A DNA stretch of 64,000 bases from Amoebidium appalachense (GCA_963693365.1 CAVNZM010000016.1:1619538-1683537); one strand, 5' to 3'. Positions 38,425-62,379 are shown, counted from the stretch's first letter. The notes: a model not told the origin generated them from the sequence alone. Made by a program: numbers and translations.

Positions 38425-38698
38425 AATGTTGAAGATTTTAGGGGAGCAGCACTACGTTTTTTTCGTTTTGTTTTAGAAGGTTGTGTAGATATTGCCTGTA
38501 TTTGGTGGTGGTGGTGTTGGGGGGAGGGGAAAATGGCGAGGGGATGGGAGGGGGGGAGATTAATATATTTAAGTTCTTATTATGCTTCGAGGGCGCATAC
38601 CGTAGCGCTAGGGATGAATTTAGTTATCATTTTTACTTCAAGTTCGAGAACAGGCTTTGGCTGAAGCCATGCCGATGATGGGGGGGTGGGAGGGGGGG

Positions 38699-38767
<69 letters not shown>

Positions 38768-40185
38768 CATAAACCAGTAGTAACACAGTGCCTGCACTCT
38801 ATTTGTGACTGTTACATCATATCATCCACGGACCGTGACTTCTTTCTTTCACTATACTATGGCAGAACAATACTAAGTCTTGTCAAAATACATGAATTAT
38901 TGAATAGATCTGCCTCCATCCCCTACAACTCCTTTTCCCCTCTGGGGGGCTCCCGCAGCTCAAACACACGTGCACATACATGTGCAGTCACTCACAGTCA
39001 CTCTCTCCCCGAAACCTGGCTATCACAAACATCATTATCCTGCACCCTACACCAGGCAGTACTATGCTTTTATCATGATTTAGCAGTCTGACCGGTACCA
39101 CGGCAGTCGTGTCCATTTGCCCATGGCCACAGTTGACAATCACACAACATTAACCTTAATCCCCCCCCCCCCCCCCCCGCTTCCCCTGTCCCACCCACCC
39201 GCCAATCCGCCCACCCACCTGTCACCAACGCAATGTGCACCCACCCTCCAACCAACCATCTCCCCCGTCCCCTTTGCGTGCCCTCCCAAAAAATCATTGC
39301 CTCTCCCATCCTCTTTATTTTCCCACACATCACAGGTACACTCACGGCAGAAAACGAGTACAACCAGAACTGCCCCTTTACCCACATCTTCCTCTCGGAT
39401 ATAGGACAGGTGATTTTGGCATATTCGTCGTGGAGGGATTGTGCGGTGCTGTCACAAACGTGCAAGTTCTTTGCCCACAGCAAGGGGAACTGCGCCAGGC
39501 CAAGCTGCAGATCCGCATACTGCGTGTGCACGTCAATTGTAGTCTCCTGGACTTGTTCCCCTGCCGCCACTGCGCCTGGAGACTGCATGGAGCCAACCGC
39601 CTGGCACTGCTACACCCCCCCTTCCTTTTCCTCGACCTCGACCTCCAGTTCGTTTGGGGCAACCCCAAGATCGAGAAACTGAGCAGCTGGAGGGGGTTGG
39701 AGAGGTGCTGAAGGTACTCCGCCATGTGACGATGGACTTGAATAAGGTGCATAGGACGGCAATACTCCGGATTCTTTCCCAGACACCCGAACTGCGCAGC
39801 ATGCGGCTGCTGCATGCAACCCCTGCGGCTGCGCAGGCTGTGGCCGATCTACCACACTTGACCCGCCTATCCGTGGTCGAATATGACTCCAGCGATTTAT
39901 CAGTCTTTGCCAACTCGGAGGACGGTTTCCCTCGTGTGACCTACCTGCACATCAACTTCCGCCACCGCACGTATTCCCCAACAGTGTCCACCGTCGACCG
40001 GGTGCTGAAACTGCCGGCCCTACGCAAGCTGCACCTGACGGGACCCGTCAGGCACACACTCTACATCATTGACAAGGTGTGTGCTGTGTGCATGCTGCAT
40101 TATTTCAACCCACACCTCTACACACTCTTTTGCATCCCCGAGCTCCTCCTTTCCCCCCTGCTTGTCTCTTTCCCTTACCTTTATC

Positions 40186-40222
<37 letters not shown>

Positions 40223-40503
40223 TTCCCCCTTAAAAAAGAGGGCAAAAAAAAGAAAGAGATGCAAAAACACACGCGCTCTTGAATCTCAAAATAAAGACAC
40301 CGAAAAAACCCAAACCCCCCTGTGCACGCACGCAACATTTCCTCGAAAATATCATACTCTAAATATCGGGACCACCCACTACAACCCTACCCTTCCACCA
40401 CCCTTCCACTACCCTCGTTTTCCTTCAAAGAAACCAAGTCCTTCAAAGACAACTGCATCCCGCCAACATCGCGCTAGCACAAGCACACGTGTGCACCACA
40501 CAA

Positions 40504-40594
<91 letters not shown>

Positions 40595-41498
40595 TGTGCG
40601 TGCGCGCGCATGCACGCACCAGCCCACGGTGCATGTGACACACCCAAACCGACGCCCGTTATACGAACAAGGACACGCATACACGCACGCGCGCGCACAC
40701 ACACGTACATCATGTCACAGATCTGCTGCTAACGGTCAACGGTCTGTGCACGACTACAAGACAAAGAGTCACTGGCGCGGAGTGAATGTCCTCGACTTCC
40801 CAGGCAAAGGCCAGGAGCTCTTAGACTGAGCAGACAATTGCAAGTCCACGTGCACATGTCTCTCCTGCAGGCCAACCCTGAACCACCAACAATGCTGCTG
40901 TGCCAATAGCGGATCATTTGAGGCTTTCCGGTGTCTTCCTATAGCTAGTTTTGCCAAATTTCATGCGGTGGTGCTTGATGCTGCCCTTGACTTTTCAACG
41001 TCTTGATTAAGCATTACCATCTAATTTTACTGCTTCTAGTTTGATTTCATTTTTCTTGGCTTTCTCTCTAGCTAGCTGCATGCTGTTTGCGTCTTCATGC
41101 CGATTGGCCCGATAATCACACGTTGATGTTTAAGTTTAGTTGCAATTGGAAAATCCATAATTATTTGGTATACGTTGGCCGGGATGCGGGATTCTTATGA
41201 TACACGTTGTGGTCCGATAGATACAACACTCACCATCTGCCGAGTCACTTGAAATAAGTACATATGATGGGCCACACAAGTATTGCGTTTCCTGATCATG
41301 ATGTGCCAAACAAGCATTCTTTTCTTAACGACTAGAACTGCACTGAGTAGCCTAGGTCTACATACCATGAGAACTGAAGATTTCCATCAAGTGACAATAC
41401 GATAACACGTGTACACACGTGGCCCCTCGACCGTGTGTTTCCTTCGTTGCTACAGCCGTACAGCTGGAAGCGCTTTGGAGTAATTGGGCCCCGACTTC

Positions 41499-41529
<31 letters not shown>

Positions 41530-41716
41530 TCCCCCTCCCCCCTTCCCCCTCCCCACCCTTTACCCCCTCACCACCAACACCACCAGTACATACACATGAA
41601 AGAACAAACGCGCGCGCGCGCGCACACACACACACACACATACACCCACCCACACACACACACACACACCCACCCCCCCCCCCCCCCCACCACCACCACC
41701 ACCACCACACACACGC

Positions 41717-41753
<37 letters not shown>

Positions 41754-41940
41754 GCCACCACCCGGTCCGGTATGACTATGAGCGCCAGGCACAGGCACAA
41801 TGCCAATCCTCGCCCGCCAAACAGACACACACAGGGGACCTGGTGCATACACACCATGGACACCCGAACACCACCACCACCGGCACCACGCCTACACTTT
41901 GGCAAACACTGGAACCGGTGCCCACACATGTGCACCCACA

Positions 41941-41975
<35 letters not shown>

Positions 41976-42070
41976 GATCCCTTCCGCCCCCCAAACACAT
42001 ACACGGACCGGGTGCATACACACCGTGGACACCCATATACCACCACCGGCCAGCACCACGTACAGCAACT
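37420..42070. repeat. Inverted segmental duplication, arm 2
   Basis: See arm 1; includes the upstream region, F-box/LRR copy A and downstream sequence. Confidence 0.75.
39336..40829 (+). pseudogene. F-box/LRR pseudogene (copy A)
   Basis: F-box-like PFTHIFLSDIGQVILAYSSWRDCAVLSQTCKFF; frameshift at ~39484. The first-exon sequence is fused to the LRR exon at ~39612-39632, and a 34-nt deletion lies at 39681. Donor after 40076; last exon from 40721. Confidence 0.75.
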
Positions 42071-43229
42071 CGTTGGGCGACCGCCTCACACATGTGCATC
42101 CACAGTCCCCCCCCCCCCCCCTTTTCTCTCCCCGCCAGGCCCTCATGATCACCCTTCTCGAATTCCTACCTGTACATGTCTGCAAACGTGGTAGGGAAAA
42201 TCCACGATGCTGTGACAGTGAAAACGTCGAATTAGTACCTATTTTCAAAATCGGCAGTCGGTGCGCCCGGTACCATCATGATGGACTGTTTGTAGCAGCT
42301 GCAGCCACAGGGTACATATATACACACTAATATTAGTACTCAGTGTACAGGGTACATATACACACTGTCACGGATTGTACACCCTATGCAATGGGTATGT
42401 TCTAAGACGAGAGGGAACCGGACGTTTTCGGGGCGCAAGTGGGGTGAAGGGGGGGGGGGGGTCCCCGCACGCAGCCCAGCCACACACCACACGTACACGT
42501 GTACATACGATACGCACTCAATGCACCCACCCACCCACACTTTGTCACACACCATACATAGGCACCAATTCACCCTGTATGGGTTTGCACACAACGAACA
42601 CCAGTGCTGAAAAAAATTCCTTCCCCCTCCCCCCCCCCCCCAAAAAAAAACACACACACCGCCACCACCACAGTCCGCACACTCATCTGCGTATGTAAAA
42701 ACGTTCAAGTAAAAACGTTCAAGTGCAAGGGTATTCACCGGCAAAGGGAAACCACAGCAGGATGTGAAGGGAAGAAGAGACATTTTACAAACGTGCATAT
42801 TTACTTTTCGATTCGACGGTTGACAAAAGCAATTCACTTTGTAGCCTTACTGACAAAACATGACTATAATAAAGGGTTATATTGATAATCCCACCACCAT
42901 TTAGGGACTCGTAGATTGAAGAATGTGACCCGGAGAACGATATGCACTACGTGCAACAACACAAGCAACATCTTTTGGCTAACATGCAAGGCACATTCGG
43001 CAAGATTGCACACCGTGTGCATCACCGCCACAGTAGCACCACTAACACTAAAAATAGCCCAGATGACGTCACGGTTCACTAAAACAATTCCACACGCATA
43101 CACAGTACTCTTGCTTGCGCCACATAATGCACAATTACATCTCCCATCTCAATACGTACAGCCAAACCTTAGGTACACACACACATCTTGCCGTACACAA
43201 CAACCCCCGCATCACACACTTGCAGGCAT

Positions 43230-51910
<8,681 letters not shown>

Positions 51911-52048
51911 TGTACTTCTGTGATTGTAAGCGAATGAAAAATAAACACGTTTTGGGCTTGTGGAGCTTACGTAATGGCCACAATGTATTCTTTCACAACA
52001 AGACCTCCCCAATGAAAACCCTCCAATATAGAGCGTACTGATAGTCTT

Positions 52049-52130
52049 ACATCAGATACCCTTACTTGTGCCATACCCTTACTTGTGCCATAAGTATTTT
52101 ACATCAGATACCCTTACTTGTGCCATAAGT
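52049..52130. repeat. Short tandem repeat, ATACCCTTACTTGTGCC x3
   Basis: Directly visible; two of the copies are preceded by ACATCAG. Confidence 0.85.
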
Positions 52131-53992
52131 CGAGCTGGTTTCTTCAAGCTGGTAGTTGCCAGTGCGACGCTGCCTTCCAGCAGCTTCTTCTGGCTCTCAT
52201 GGCTCCCAAGCCTTGCTGCGCTTGGCCCGGGGCTCGCCCGGGGTCGCCCCACGTCGGGTTCGCCGGGGCTCGATCCAAAAACATTCTCGCGCTATCTGGA
52301 CACATTCCAAGACCTAAATTGGAAAAGGGAAAAGCCCTGTTCTCCAAATGTGTCCCGGCTCAATTTTACACGTGCACTTTCAAACAATCATACGATTACC
52401 ATTTCGAATCTCCCGCCAACTGCAGCGCCAATCTCGCTGGCAAGCAATTGCATGCGCAAAGCCAGATCTGTACACCAATCGCGTGCCGACATAAAAAAAC
52501 GTTAAGTCCCATAGGGCACAGAATCGCGGAACGGATCTAAATGCAATCCGGTTCGATAAGTCGGACTGATCTGGTCCAATCAACAGGCCCAAAACGAGCG
52601 AATATTTATAAAAGGCTATTTAAAGCGCCTAATCGATGTGCCGGGAAAGTGTAATCGCGGACATGACGTCATCAGGGCCTCGGGTTTTCGCCCCGGAGCC
52701 CTCGGAAGAGATGTCGTGGCTAACGCCCCTCCATGATGTGGCTTCCGCTCTTCAATAAAAATAAAATAACTGCCATTTGTCTAATATCAAAAGCCAAGAG
52801 TAAAGGTAAATCTACACTGAAAGAAAATATTGCCTAATGAGCTTTTAAATGTATAGCTGAGCGACCGCAAGCTGACTTTTACCGAACACGAGTATAATCT
52901 TTTGAAAAGCAACCAATCAATCTGGTGATTTGAGGATTCAAAAGTGCCGGCTGTTGTGGAGGCTGAGGCTGAGCGAGTATCATATGCACTGGCAAGCCGA
53001 TTCGAGCCGGGCAATCGCAATCCGGGTCAACCCGTATACAGGCCACAGCATCCCTTATCCTGAGCCTGCTCCCCTCGAGCCTGCCCCCCTATGATAATAA
53101 GGACACTATAGACTACAACAAAAGACTTTTCCCCTGAAAATATAGGTTTATTAGGAAACGATTTTTATCTTTATGGCTCAGTGGCTCTCACCGATTCCAC
53201 CTGCTGACAACACAACACATAAAGAACTTGAAGCTGGTCGAATCGAGCCAGGTCGAATCTCGGCTCGGCTCATCCGCAACCAGGGCCCTATTTTTTCGCG
53301 AATAGAAATCGGCCGCTCTTGGCGCCCGGGAATGCCATTCTCAAGAGCGCTAAGATGTATCCATGACTTTATAATATTCATGTAGCCGCCACCATCAAGT
53401 TCAAGGCCGTGCCTAGCTTGTAAAGAGGTGTACACTACTATTTCAGAACAAAACATATGCTCTGCATATTTTTTATATTTTTTTACTTACTGTACCACCG
53501 TGGGTTTCACATTCAAAACATTCTGCATCCTGATATACGTTTCATGAGTCATGACCACTGACTAATCGGCATTGAAGTAGTTTTAAATATTTTAGTATCT
53601 TCTTTCATGATTCCTATTAGATAACTATAGTTTAAAACTTTTGCCAAAGAATATGCTTTTGTTTGTGGGTGTTTGCGCTATGAGCCGTCACCGCCTGCAT
53701 GTGTAGTAATGTGTACACAGCGAAATTCTTTGAGACAATGCTTTGGGAGTTCCTTGAGGCTGAGCGCTTTTTATGTATAGCTGTAGGCACGACACCTCTT
53801 GGACTTGAGTGACAGGAGCTTGCGCTGGTGTGAGCTCTCAACCAATAGTGTGGGAGCTTCAGGGGGGCTTGTGTGCGCTGTAGCATAGTATACCAGTTTT
53901 GTTACTCTAATGAATGATTTCGTAGTTGGACGTGACCTCACAAACAACAGGGCACAAGTTGCGCGGTCCAAAATCATTACGATCACAAGAGA

Positions 53993-55116
53993 ATGCACGA
54001 ACGTTCGGAGCCTCTCGACTTCTTCCAGGTTTTACCCCCGGAGCTTTTGATGCATCTCCTTTCATTTCTCTCTGGGCAGGACGTTTTGAGAACACGCCTT
54101 GTCTGTAGGTACTGGTGCAGGGTTGCCTCAGAACCGCAGTTGTACAAACAACTTTGCCGCAGGACCAACGGACAGTTTTCCAACGAAATCCTAAAACATG
54201 CTTTGGATGATGTGGGTGCGAACGTGAGTCTGCCACAGCCTGGAAGGTTTAGGACAGACACACTGAATCCAACGAGCTGGTTCCAGTTGTACCAGGAGCT
54301 GCGATACCTGGAGAGGAGGTAGGTTTTTCGGTTAGTGCGTGTTTAAACTCTAGTATAGTTTACTGCTAAGTGCGGCTAGGGACCCCCCTCCCCCCCCCCT
54401 CTCCCCCCCCCCCCCCTTCCCTTCCCCTCCCCCTTCTAGCACGCGAGGCTAGAAATACCCCTCCCCCTTCCCGCCCCTCCCCCCCCCCCCCCCCTTAACT
54501 CCTCCTTTTAAGCCGTTTCTCACAAGACCAATCATCCCCCTCCCTCTCTCCCCCGACCTTATCCTCAGCTCGTCATCTGTGAAAATGATTGGTCTCCTCT
54601 ACTCCTTCTTTCCTGGGTCTGCTTTTCTCCTTCGTTTCGCTTTTCATGTGGTCTCTTCTCGTGATATTCTACTCGTGATGCATGATCTACTCTGTGTGTG
54701 TTCTTGTTTTGCACATGTGCTACCCATCGTAAGCTTGTTTGTCTTGCGGTATACCTCGGTCTACCCCGCTTCCGCCTCCCCCCCTCCCCCCCTCCTTCTC
54801 TCCCCTTGATTTTACAGGCCTACATGCTTGCTCTTGCACATGTTCTGCACCGTGTTTCTTGACGTCAAGTCGATTTTCGTACAGTGTCTCGGTTTTAAAA
54901 CCACTCCTCGGCCCCCCCTCCCCCCCCCTCCCCTCCCCCCCCCCCCGTCCCCCCTCGCCCCCCCTACATACCTATCGAATTCCACACGAGCACACACACT
55001 CTCGCATACACACCACATGCGTGCCCCCCCCTCCCCCCCTCCCCCCCCCCCCCCCCCCCCCCGCACACACATAAACCCACTTGCACTCATGCGAGCGCAC
55101 GCACACGCACGCACGG

Positions 55117-55152
<36 letters not shown>

Positions 55153-55379
55153 TACACACACACACACACATCTGCCCGGCCCCTCACCCCCACCCGTATT
55201 AACACCCACACACACCATGCAGGCATTCATGCACGCACGCAAGCACACATACGCCCACAAGCCCACATACACATACTGAACCCTCCCCCCCCCCCTCCCC
55301 CCTCCCCCCCCCCCCCCCCCCCAAACACACACACACACACACCACCCACCATCACTACTACAATACACATACACAACAC

Positions 55380-55459
<80 letters not shown>

Positions 55460-56709
55460 TCTGAATCCCGCCCGCTGCCGTATCCCCCCCTCCCTCCCCC
55501 CTTTTCGTTGTGTTCCTGGTTCTTGAATCGTTGTAACGTTCTGTCTTTAAACTTTCAATGTCTCCACCTCCATTATTCCAACCTTCTAATGCATACATGC
55601 CCCCCCCCCCCCCCCCCCCCCCCCTCCAAACACCCCCTCTCCACACACACACACTCACACACGCATGCACACACGACAGGCACGACGACTATGTTCGCTC
55701 TGAGTTGATCAAGACAGGCCACCAGGCGTCCACCACGGACCACCCCCAGCAGGACATCAATCAGACGTTGGCCCGTGGGCCGCATTTTTGGAGCTCCACC
55801 GGGTCACAGGGCCCGAATGCAAACGAGTATCTGATCTATGAACTGGTCCAGCCAGTGTGTGTGGTTACTGCCGTGGAGCTTGTTCCCTTTAAGGTGGGTG
55901 TACTCCTTTTTTTTTGAGGGGGCCTTCCCCCTTCTCCGATGAGTCTATTCCCCAATGCCTCGTTGATTTGTTGTAGACGGTGTCTCGTTGTTTTGTTGTA
56001 TACGGGGGCAATTTTTTTATTTTTTTTTTCTTAATTTTTTGTTTTTTTGTTTTTTTGTTTTTTTGTTTTTTTGTTTTTTTGTTTTTTTTGTGGGGGGGGG
56101 GGGGGGGGGGGGGGGGAGGGGGGGAAGGGGGGGGAGGGGGTCAAAGGTGGTCTCTATAGGGTGAGAGAGGATGAATGGACACATCCATGGGTTGTGTGTT
56201 TGTGTGCGGATGTGTATACAACGAGAGTCTTCTTCTGTCAGCTACTTGTTCTCTAACCGTTTAATTTTTGTCCATTTTTACCTCTACTCTGTTGCACATT
56301 AATGACAACCCCCCCCCCCCCCCCCCCCCCGCGCAACAACAGGCGCTTTTTCAGCGCGGATTCCCAATCTACGCCCCGCAGCAGATGCAGGTTTCAGTCG
56401 GGTACCGACCCGACCACATGCACTGGACCGGCCCGAGAGTCAACGTCGAGAACAACAACATTCCGCAGACGTACGTCATCGAACCAAATTTGGTAACTGG
56501 CGGCTATGTGCGATTGGACCTCTACGGCAAGTGTCAGACACAGCCTCTCGACGATCTGTTCTACACCGTGCTTAACACGGTATGTCCGAGCTCTTCTCTC
56601 CCCCCTCCTCTCCTCCCCCCCCCCCCCTCCACAACCGCCACCACCACCACCACCACACCCTATCCCATCTACCTAAAACACACACACTCACTCTCGCACA
56701 CATGCACAG

Positions 56710-56743
<34 letters not shown>

Positions 56744-57310
56744 CTATGACCCCTTTTTTTCTCATGGCTGACCACGTGTTCCACCAAGACCAAGTCAATC
56801 GAGATTCGTGTCTATGATGTCCCTATAGCTTTAATGATTTCATATCTTTGACTTCGACATACTATCAGTGTTGTTACATGTCGCGGATCAATATATTTCT
56901 AATCTTTTCATGTTTCTAGAACACATAACATCCCAATGTTTGTCATATCCAATATTCTCAATGGTGTCGTATCTCTACGATCGGTTACTCCCCATGTTCT
57001 CCTATCCCTCTTACTATTGTATCTCTTAGATTCCATACTCCGAATTTCTGTCTTGGTGAAATCTCCTGCTTGATATGTTCCGTTTAGTTTACCACATGCA
57101 CACATGCACACACTTACGCATGCAGCATCCTTTCTGTGTGTTCCTAGCTACACCTTCTTTCTGCTCTTTCTGATATCACGGTGAACTCCCCCCCCCCCCC
57201 CCCCCCCCCGCGCCCCCTCCCCCCCCCTCCCTTTCCCCGAACGTACCACTACCGTGGTCATTTCCACAAGCCTGTGAACCCGTGAACTCATGCTTGGCCG
57301 ACACAACTGC

Positions 57311-57360
<50 letters not shown>

Positions 57361-57560
57361 CACACTCACGCACTCATACACACACACACACACACACACA
57401 CGCACTCACACGCACTCACACGCACTCACACGCACACGTACAGGTGCGCGTGTTTGGTATACCCGTTGGTGTGCTTGGTGCCTGTCCCACTCTGTCACGT
57501 GCTGCTCTTGACCATGCAATCGACATTGGGGGCCTTGTGCCTGCCGGCAACGGTGGTAAT

Positions 57561-57596
<36 letters not shown>

Positions 57597-58987
57597 CTCT
57601 CTCTCTATATGCCTACAATTTTGTGAGGTTTGCACTCTGCATTGTGTTGTCCGTTTTGAATATGTACTTCTTACGGTAGAACGGTTTCTAGCCTCCCCCT
57701 CCCCCTCCCCCCCCCCCCCGGAACCCGCAATATGTTTTCCATATTGAACGTATATATGATACTCTGGAACACATCCCCCCCCCCCCCTCCCCCCGACTGG
57801 CCGGGGGCCGCCACCCGGCGCCAGCGCAAGTTTTCGGATCATGATCTGCTTATCTGCTTATCTGCTTTTGGTTTATGTTTTGTTATGAGTGATTGTGTTT
57901 GTGTGTGTTTTTGTTATGTGTATGTATTGCATTCTGCATATGTTGTAGGTTATGAGTGTGTACTTTGCACTTTACAACGCTATACTTCCCCCCCCCCCCC
58001 CCCCCCCACCCAGACCCACCATGTTCAAGTGAAACAGTATCTGAAACAGTGTCTCTGTTGGGTTTTGTTGACGAGGTGGGTACTGTGGATGACATGGGGC
58101 CTTCCTGAGGATGGGCTCTGCTTATTATGCATGCTCTTTATGTATGGTTCGCATTCTCCATTGTTGTCCGTTGTTTGTGTGTACTTCGTACTTTATGGCG
58201 CATTCACTGCCCCCCCCCCTCCCCCCCCTCCCTCGGGTAGATGACTTGGGCCCTTCTTGAGGATGGGCTTAGCTTACGGTTGCATGCTCCAAAATCTGCA
58301 TGGTGTTTTCTGTCGTCTTAGTGTCCTTCGTACTCAATTACCTCCCCCCTCCCCCCCCCCCCCCCCCTCCCCCCCCCCCCCCCCCCCCCCCACCCCCACC
58401 CCCACCCACCATCCCCCCCCCCAAACAGGGGGGATAAAAGGGGGGGGGGGGGGGGGGGGGAGGGGGGGGAGAGGGCATTTTTCTCTACCACCCCCTCGTC
58501 GTCCCTTTCCAGCTAGGCCCCTCTCTTCTCTCTGCCCCGCCGCCTCTCCAACCTACACACTCTCCCCTCTGCTTTTTTGAGCCAAACCACCTATGTACTC
58601 AATTTGTTTCGTAACCCTTCTACCCCCACACCTGTACTGTCACTCAGACCCGACTACCACGCTAACCCCACCTAACCCCACGCAGGAAATGCAGAGGCGT
58701 TGGTTGAGTGGTTCCAACAGGATATTGAAGAAACGAAACTTCGTTGGAGCACGGAGAGAGACATTCGGAAGAAGACGGCGGAACTTTTGAGGGCGGGGAG
58801 GTGGTCTGCTGCTGTGGACCTTGTGATAGAGAGGGGGATGGAGTGTGGAATGCGGAACGAGGCGACCCTGTCCATGTTTGTGAATGCTTCGCCGCAACCT
58901 AGCACAGGAGGGGGTGAGTGGCAGGTTGAAGAGTGTGGGGACGGAGAGTGGGGTGGGTGGTTGGGTGGGTGGGTGTGTGTGTGTGTT

Positions 58988-59084
<97 letters not shown>

Positions 59085-59133
59085 GGCTGGGGTAGGAGTG
59101 TGTTATCGTTTATGCCCTGACGTGTGGCAGCTG

Positions 59134-59165
<32 letters not shown>

Positions 59166-60138
59166 CCCTTGGTGGCCCCTGGTGTGTGTATGTGGGTGTC
59201 GGGTGTTGGGGGGGGGAGAGGGGAGGGTCCGGTACGATTTGAGGTGTGTAAGGAACAGTTCTAGGGGAGGGACAGTTCTAGGGGAGGGTAAGATAAAAGG
59301 GAAGTGTTAGTAAGGGGCAGAACCGATAGTTTGATTCGGGTGTGCGTGTTGTGTAAGTAGGAGTGAAGAGGGGAGGGGGGGGGGGGGGGGGAGACAAAGA
59401 AGCGGGGAAGAGAGAAGAAGAGGGGGAGGGGGGGATGAGGGGGATGGGTTGTCTTTGGTGATTTTATTTATAAAGCATGTTTTCCCTTTTTATACACAGA
59501 TGGTTGTATGTACATATTCATCCACACCATCGGAATCTTTTTCTTACAAATTGGGTCCATAGGACCGTGGGATGGGGGGGCAGCGGGGCTCTATCTGCAG
59601 GCACTGCTGCGAAAATACCAGCGCCTGGAGGAGACTGAGACCATCTACTATGCTAAGATCTGGCTGGCAAACAATGGATACGACAGGCTACGGCCCATGA
59701 TAGCTCAGGTACGAGTGGGCGGGCTGGTGGGTGGGTGTGGGCAGGTGTGTGGGTGGGTGGGTGAGCGTGTGTATTTCCTTACCCTCCCTTTGTTTTCCTT
59801 TTTTTTTTTTTTTTTTTTCGTGATGGTGGTGGTGGTTGTTGTGTGTGTGTGTGCGTTGGAGGGGGGGGGGGGGGGGGGGGGGGGGGTTAGTGCTTGGCCG
59901 AGTGCCTGTGTTTCTGACAAAGTAGATGTTTGGATGCATTGGTTGGCATGTTTTAAGGGGGGAAGAGAGCAAATGTGTGTGTGTGTGTGTGTGTGTGCGT
60001 GTGCGTGTGCGTGTGCGTGTGTGTGTGCATGTGCGTGTGCGTGTGTGTATGTGTATGTGTATGTGTTTTTTTTTTTTTGTTTTTGTTTTTATTTTTGTTT
60101 TTTTTTATTTTTCCTTTTTTTGGTGGGGGGGGGGGGGG

Positions 60139-60173
<35 letters not shown>

Positions 60174-60730
60174 TAAATTGGCTGTCGTATAGTTGCATGC
60201 ACACGTTGACTGCATCTGATCTCTGTACATGTCTGCCGATGTGTAGTCTGGACGCCACTCTGTGGTTTCCTTGATCTGCCTCCGGCAACTTTTGGTCCAC
60301 AAACAGGATTATCCCCCCCCCCCCCCCCCCCCCCCCCTATACACACACACTCGCGCACATGCGCACAACATAATCACATGAGAACCCATTTATCTAGGTA
60401 TATTCATACCTGAAAGGCTGCCCACTAGGCAACCACACACGTGAGTCTCCTCGTTGTGCACACATTCAGCACTCGCCGACTTACGTAAGCACATACCTCA
60501 GCACCCACCGTTTACATAAGCACATAAACCCCTACACCCTCCTTCTTACGTAAACACATACCACAGCACCCGCCGACTTACGTAAGTACATACCCCCACA
60601 GGGCTATCTGGTGTCCAGTGAGCGGTTTGGTGATCTGCTCCGAGACCACGGCTGGGAGGCTGAGAGGGCAAGCCCTGCACAGCCTACATCATCAACCGTA
60701 CACCACCCAAGGTGCTGCTTTCACCTCCCC

Positions 60731-60784
<54 letters not shown>

Positions 60785-60829
60785 GCTGACACACACACAC
60801 ACACACACACAGCTCACACACACACACAG

Positions 60830-60889
<60 letters not shown>

Positions 60890-61379
60890 AACACAAACAC
60901 ACACACACATACACTAGTCCAACCACACACCCGCGTGTGCGCAGTTGCGTGCCCACACGCATGCGCGCACACACACACACGCACACTCACTCTCATTCAC
61001 TCACTCACTCACTTGCTCGCTCAACACACTCACTCACTCACTCACTCACTAACTCACTCACGCACTCGCTCGCTGGTTCACTCACTCACGCACTCATTCA
61101 CTCGCACTTTTCCACCCATCCACCCCCCCTTCGTTCAAATGAAGGAATGTCTGCACTAAATGAAAACATGGGGCCTGTGAGTGCCTCTGAACGTCACACG
61201 GGGCTCTTTCTTTGTACATATACAAGCAACGACAAAAGAAAACAAAAGTAAGCATGCATTGTTCCTAGCACAATATCGGTCTTTGTCTGTGTATCATGGT
61301 GAGTATTTTTGGCTCACTCAGTGCTGACGTTCCTTCCCGTTGCAATATATGTCTCTCTCTTCTCGTTCCTCCCTTTCCT

Positions 61380-61414
<35 letters not shown>

Positions 61415-62312
61415 GTTCTGCTTGGCATTGAAGGAGAAACAAACTGATTTTAAACACTTGCTCCACCCCCTTCTCTTTTGCTTTTTGTTGTTCCTCGCTC
61501 CCACTTGTGCCCCTATGCCCCTACGATCACGCAAAATCTCTCTCCAAACAACTCATAATGGTGTTTTCTATTCTTAGGGGTCGACGTGCGATCGAGGGCC
61601 CAGGGCCCAGGCGGGGGTCAGTTCTTGTTGCGTGCTTGGAGATGGCCGTGCTGGTGTACAGCCGGGCAAGTGCATGGGACAAGCTGATTGGCTGCTTTGT
61701 GGATCTGGGCCGCTATTGGCTCATTGTTAGGTTTGCAATCAGCGTCCACCACCAGGTGGGTCCCCTTCCCTCCCTCTCCCTCTTCTTGCCCCTCTCCCTC
61801 CCTCTCTCTCTTTCTCTCCCCCTTTCTTCCCCTCCCCTCCCCTCCCCCCTGCTCTTGGGTTTCTGCTTTAGGATGAGCTCTGCTTATAACACATCCTTTG
61901 TGTATGCTTTGCAAGATCCGTTTTGTCCATCGTGAATGTGTACATGCTACTCTGTAAGGCATTCTACACACACACACGCAGCATGCATACACACACACAC
62001 GCACACACACACACACCCTTCCCACCCCCCCCCCCCCCCCAAAAAAAAAAAAAAAAACACGTGCGCGCACACACACACACACACGTGCACAGGCACGCGT
62101 GCGCGTGGATAATGGGCTGTGCTTGTTGCGCAGGCTCCCTTGCTTATGTTTTCAATTCGTGCTCTATAACAAATTCCAACCCCTCCCGCCCCTCCTCCTC
62201 CCCCCATTTCCCTGCTCAAAGAAAAGAAGAAAACATTTTCCACCTCGATTTCCACGGTTACCACTGAATGCACGTGTGTGCGCACACTGATGGGTAATCA
62301 TGCGCTAGCGCG

Positions 62313-62379
<67 letters not shown>

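Noticed and set aside
52068-52540. GC-rich ORFs between CDC48 and the F-box gene
   Set aside because: No recognisable domain, overlapping frames on both strands and starts within a tandem repeat; at most a TE remnant.
52660-52700. Minus-strand hammerhead (GAAA…CTGATGA)
   Set aside because: Only 10 nt separate GAAA and CTGATGA, too few for stems III and I.
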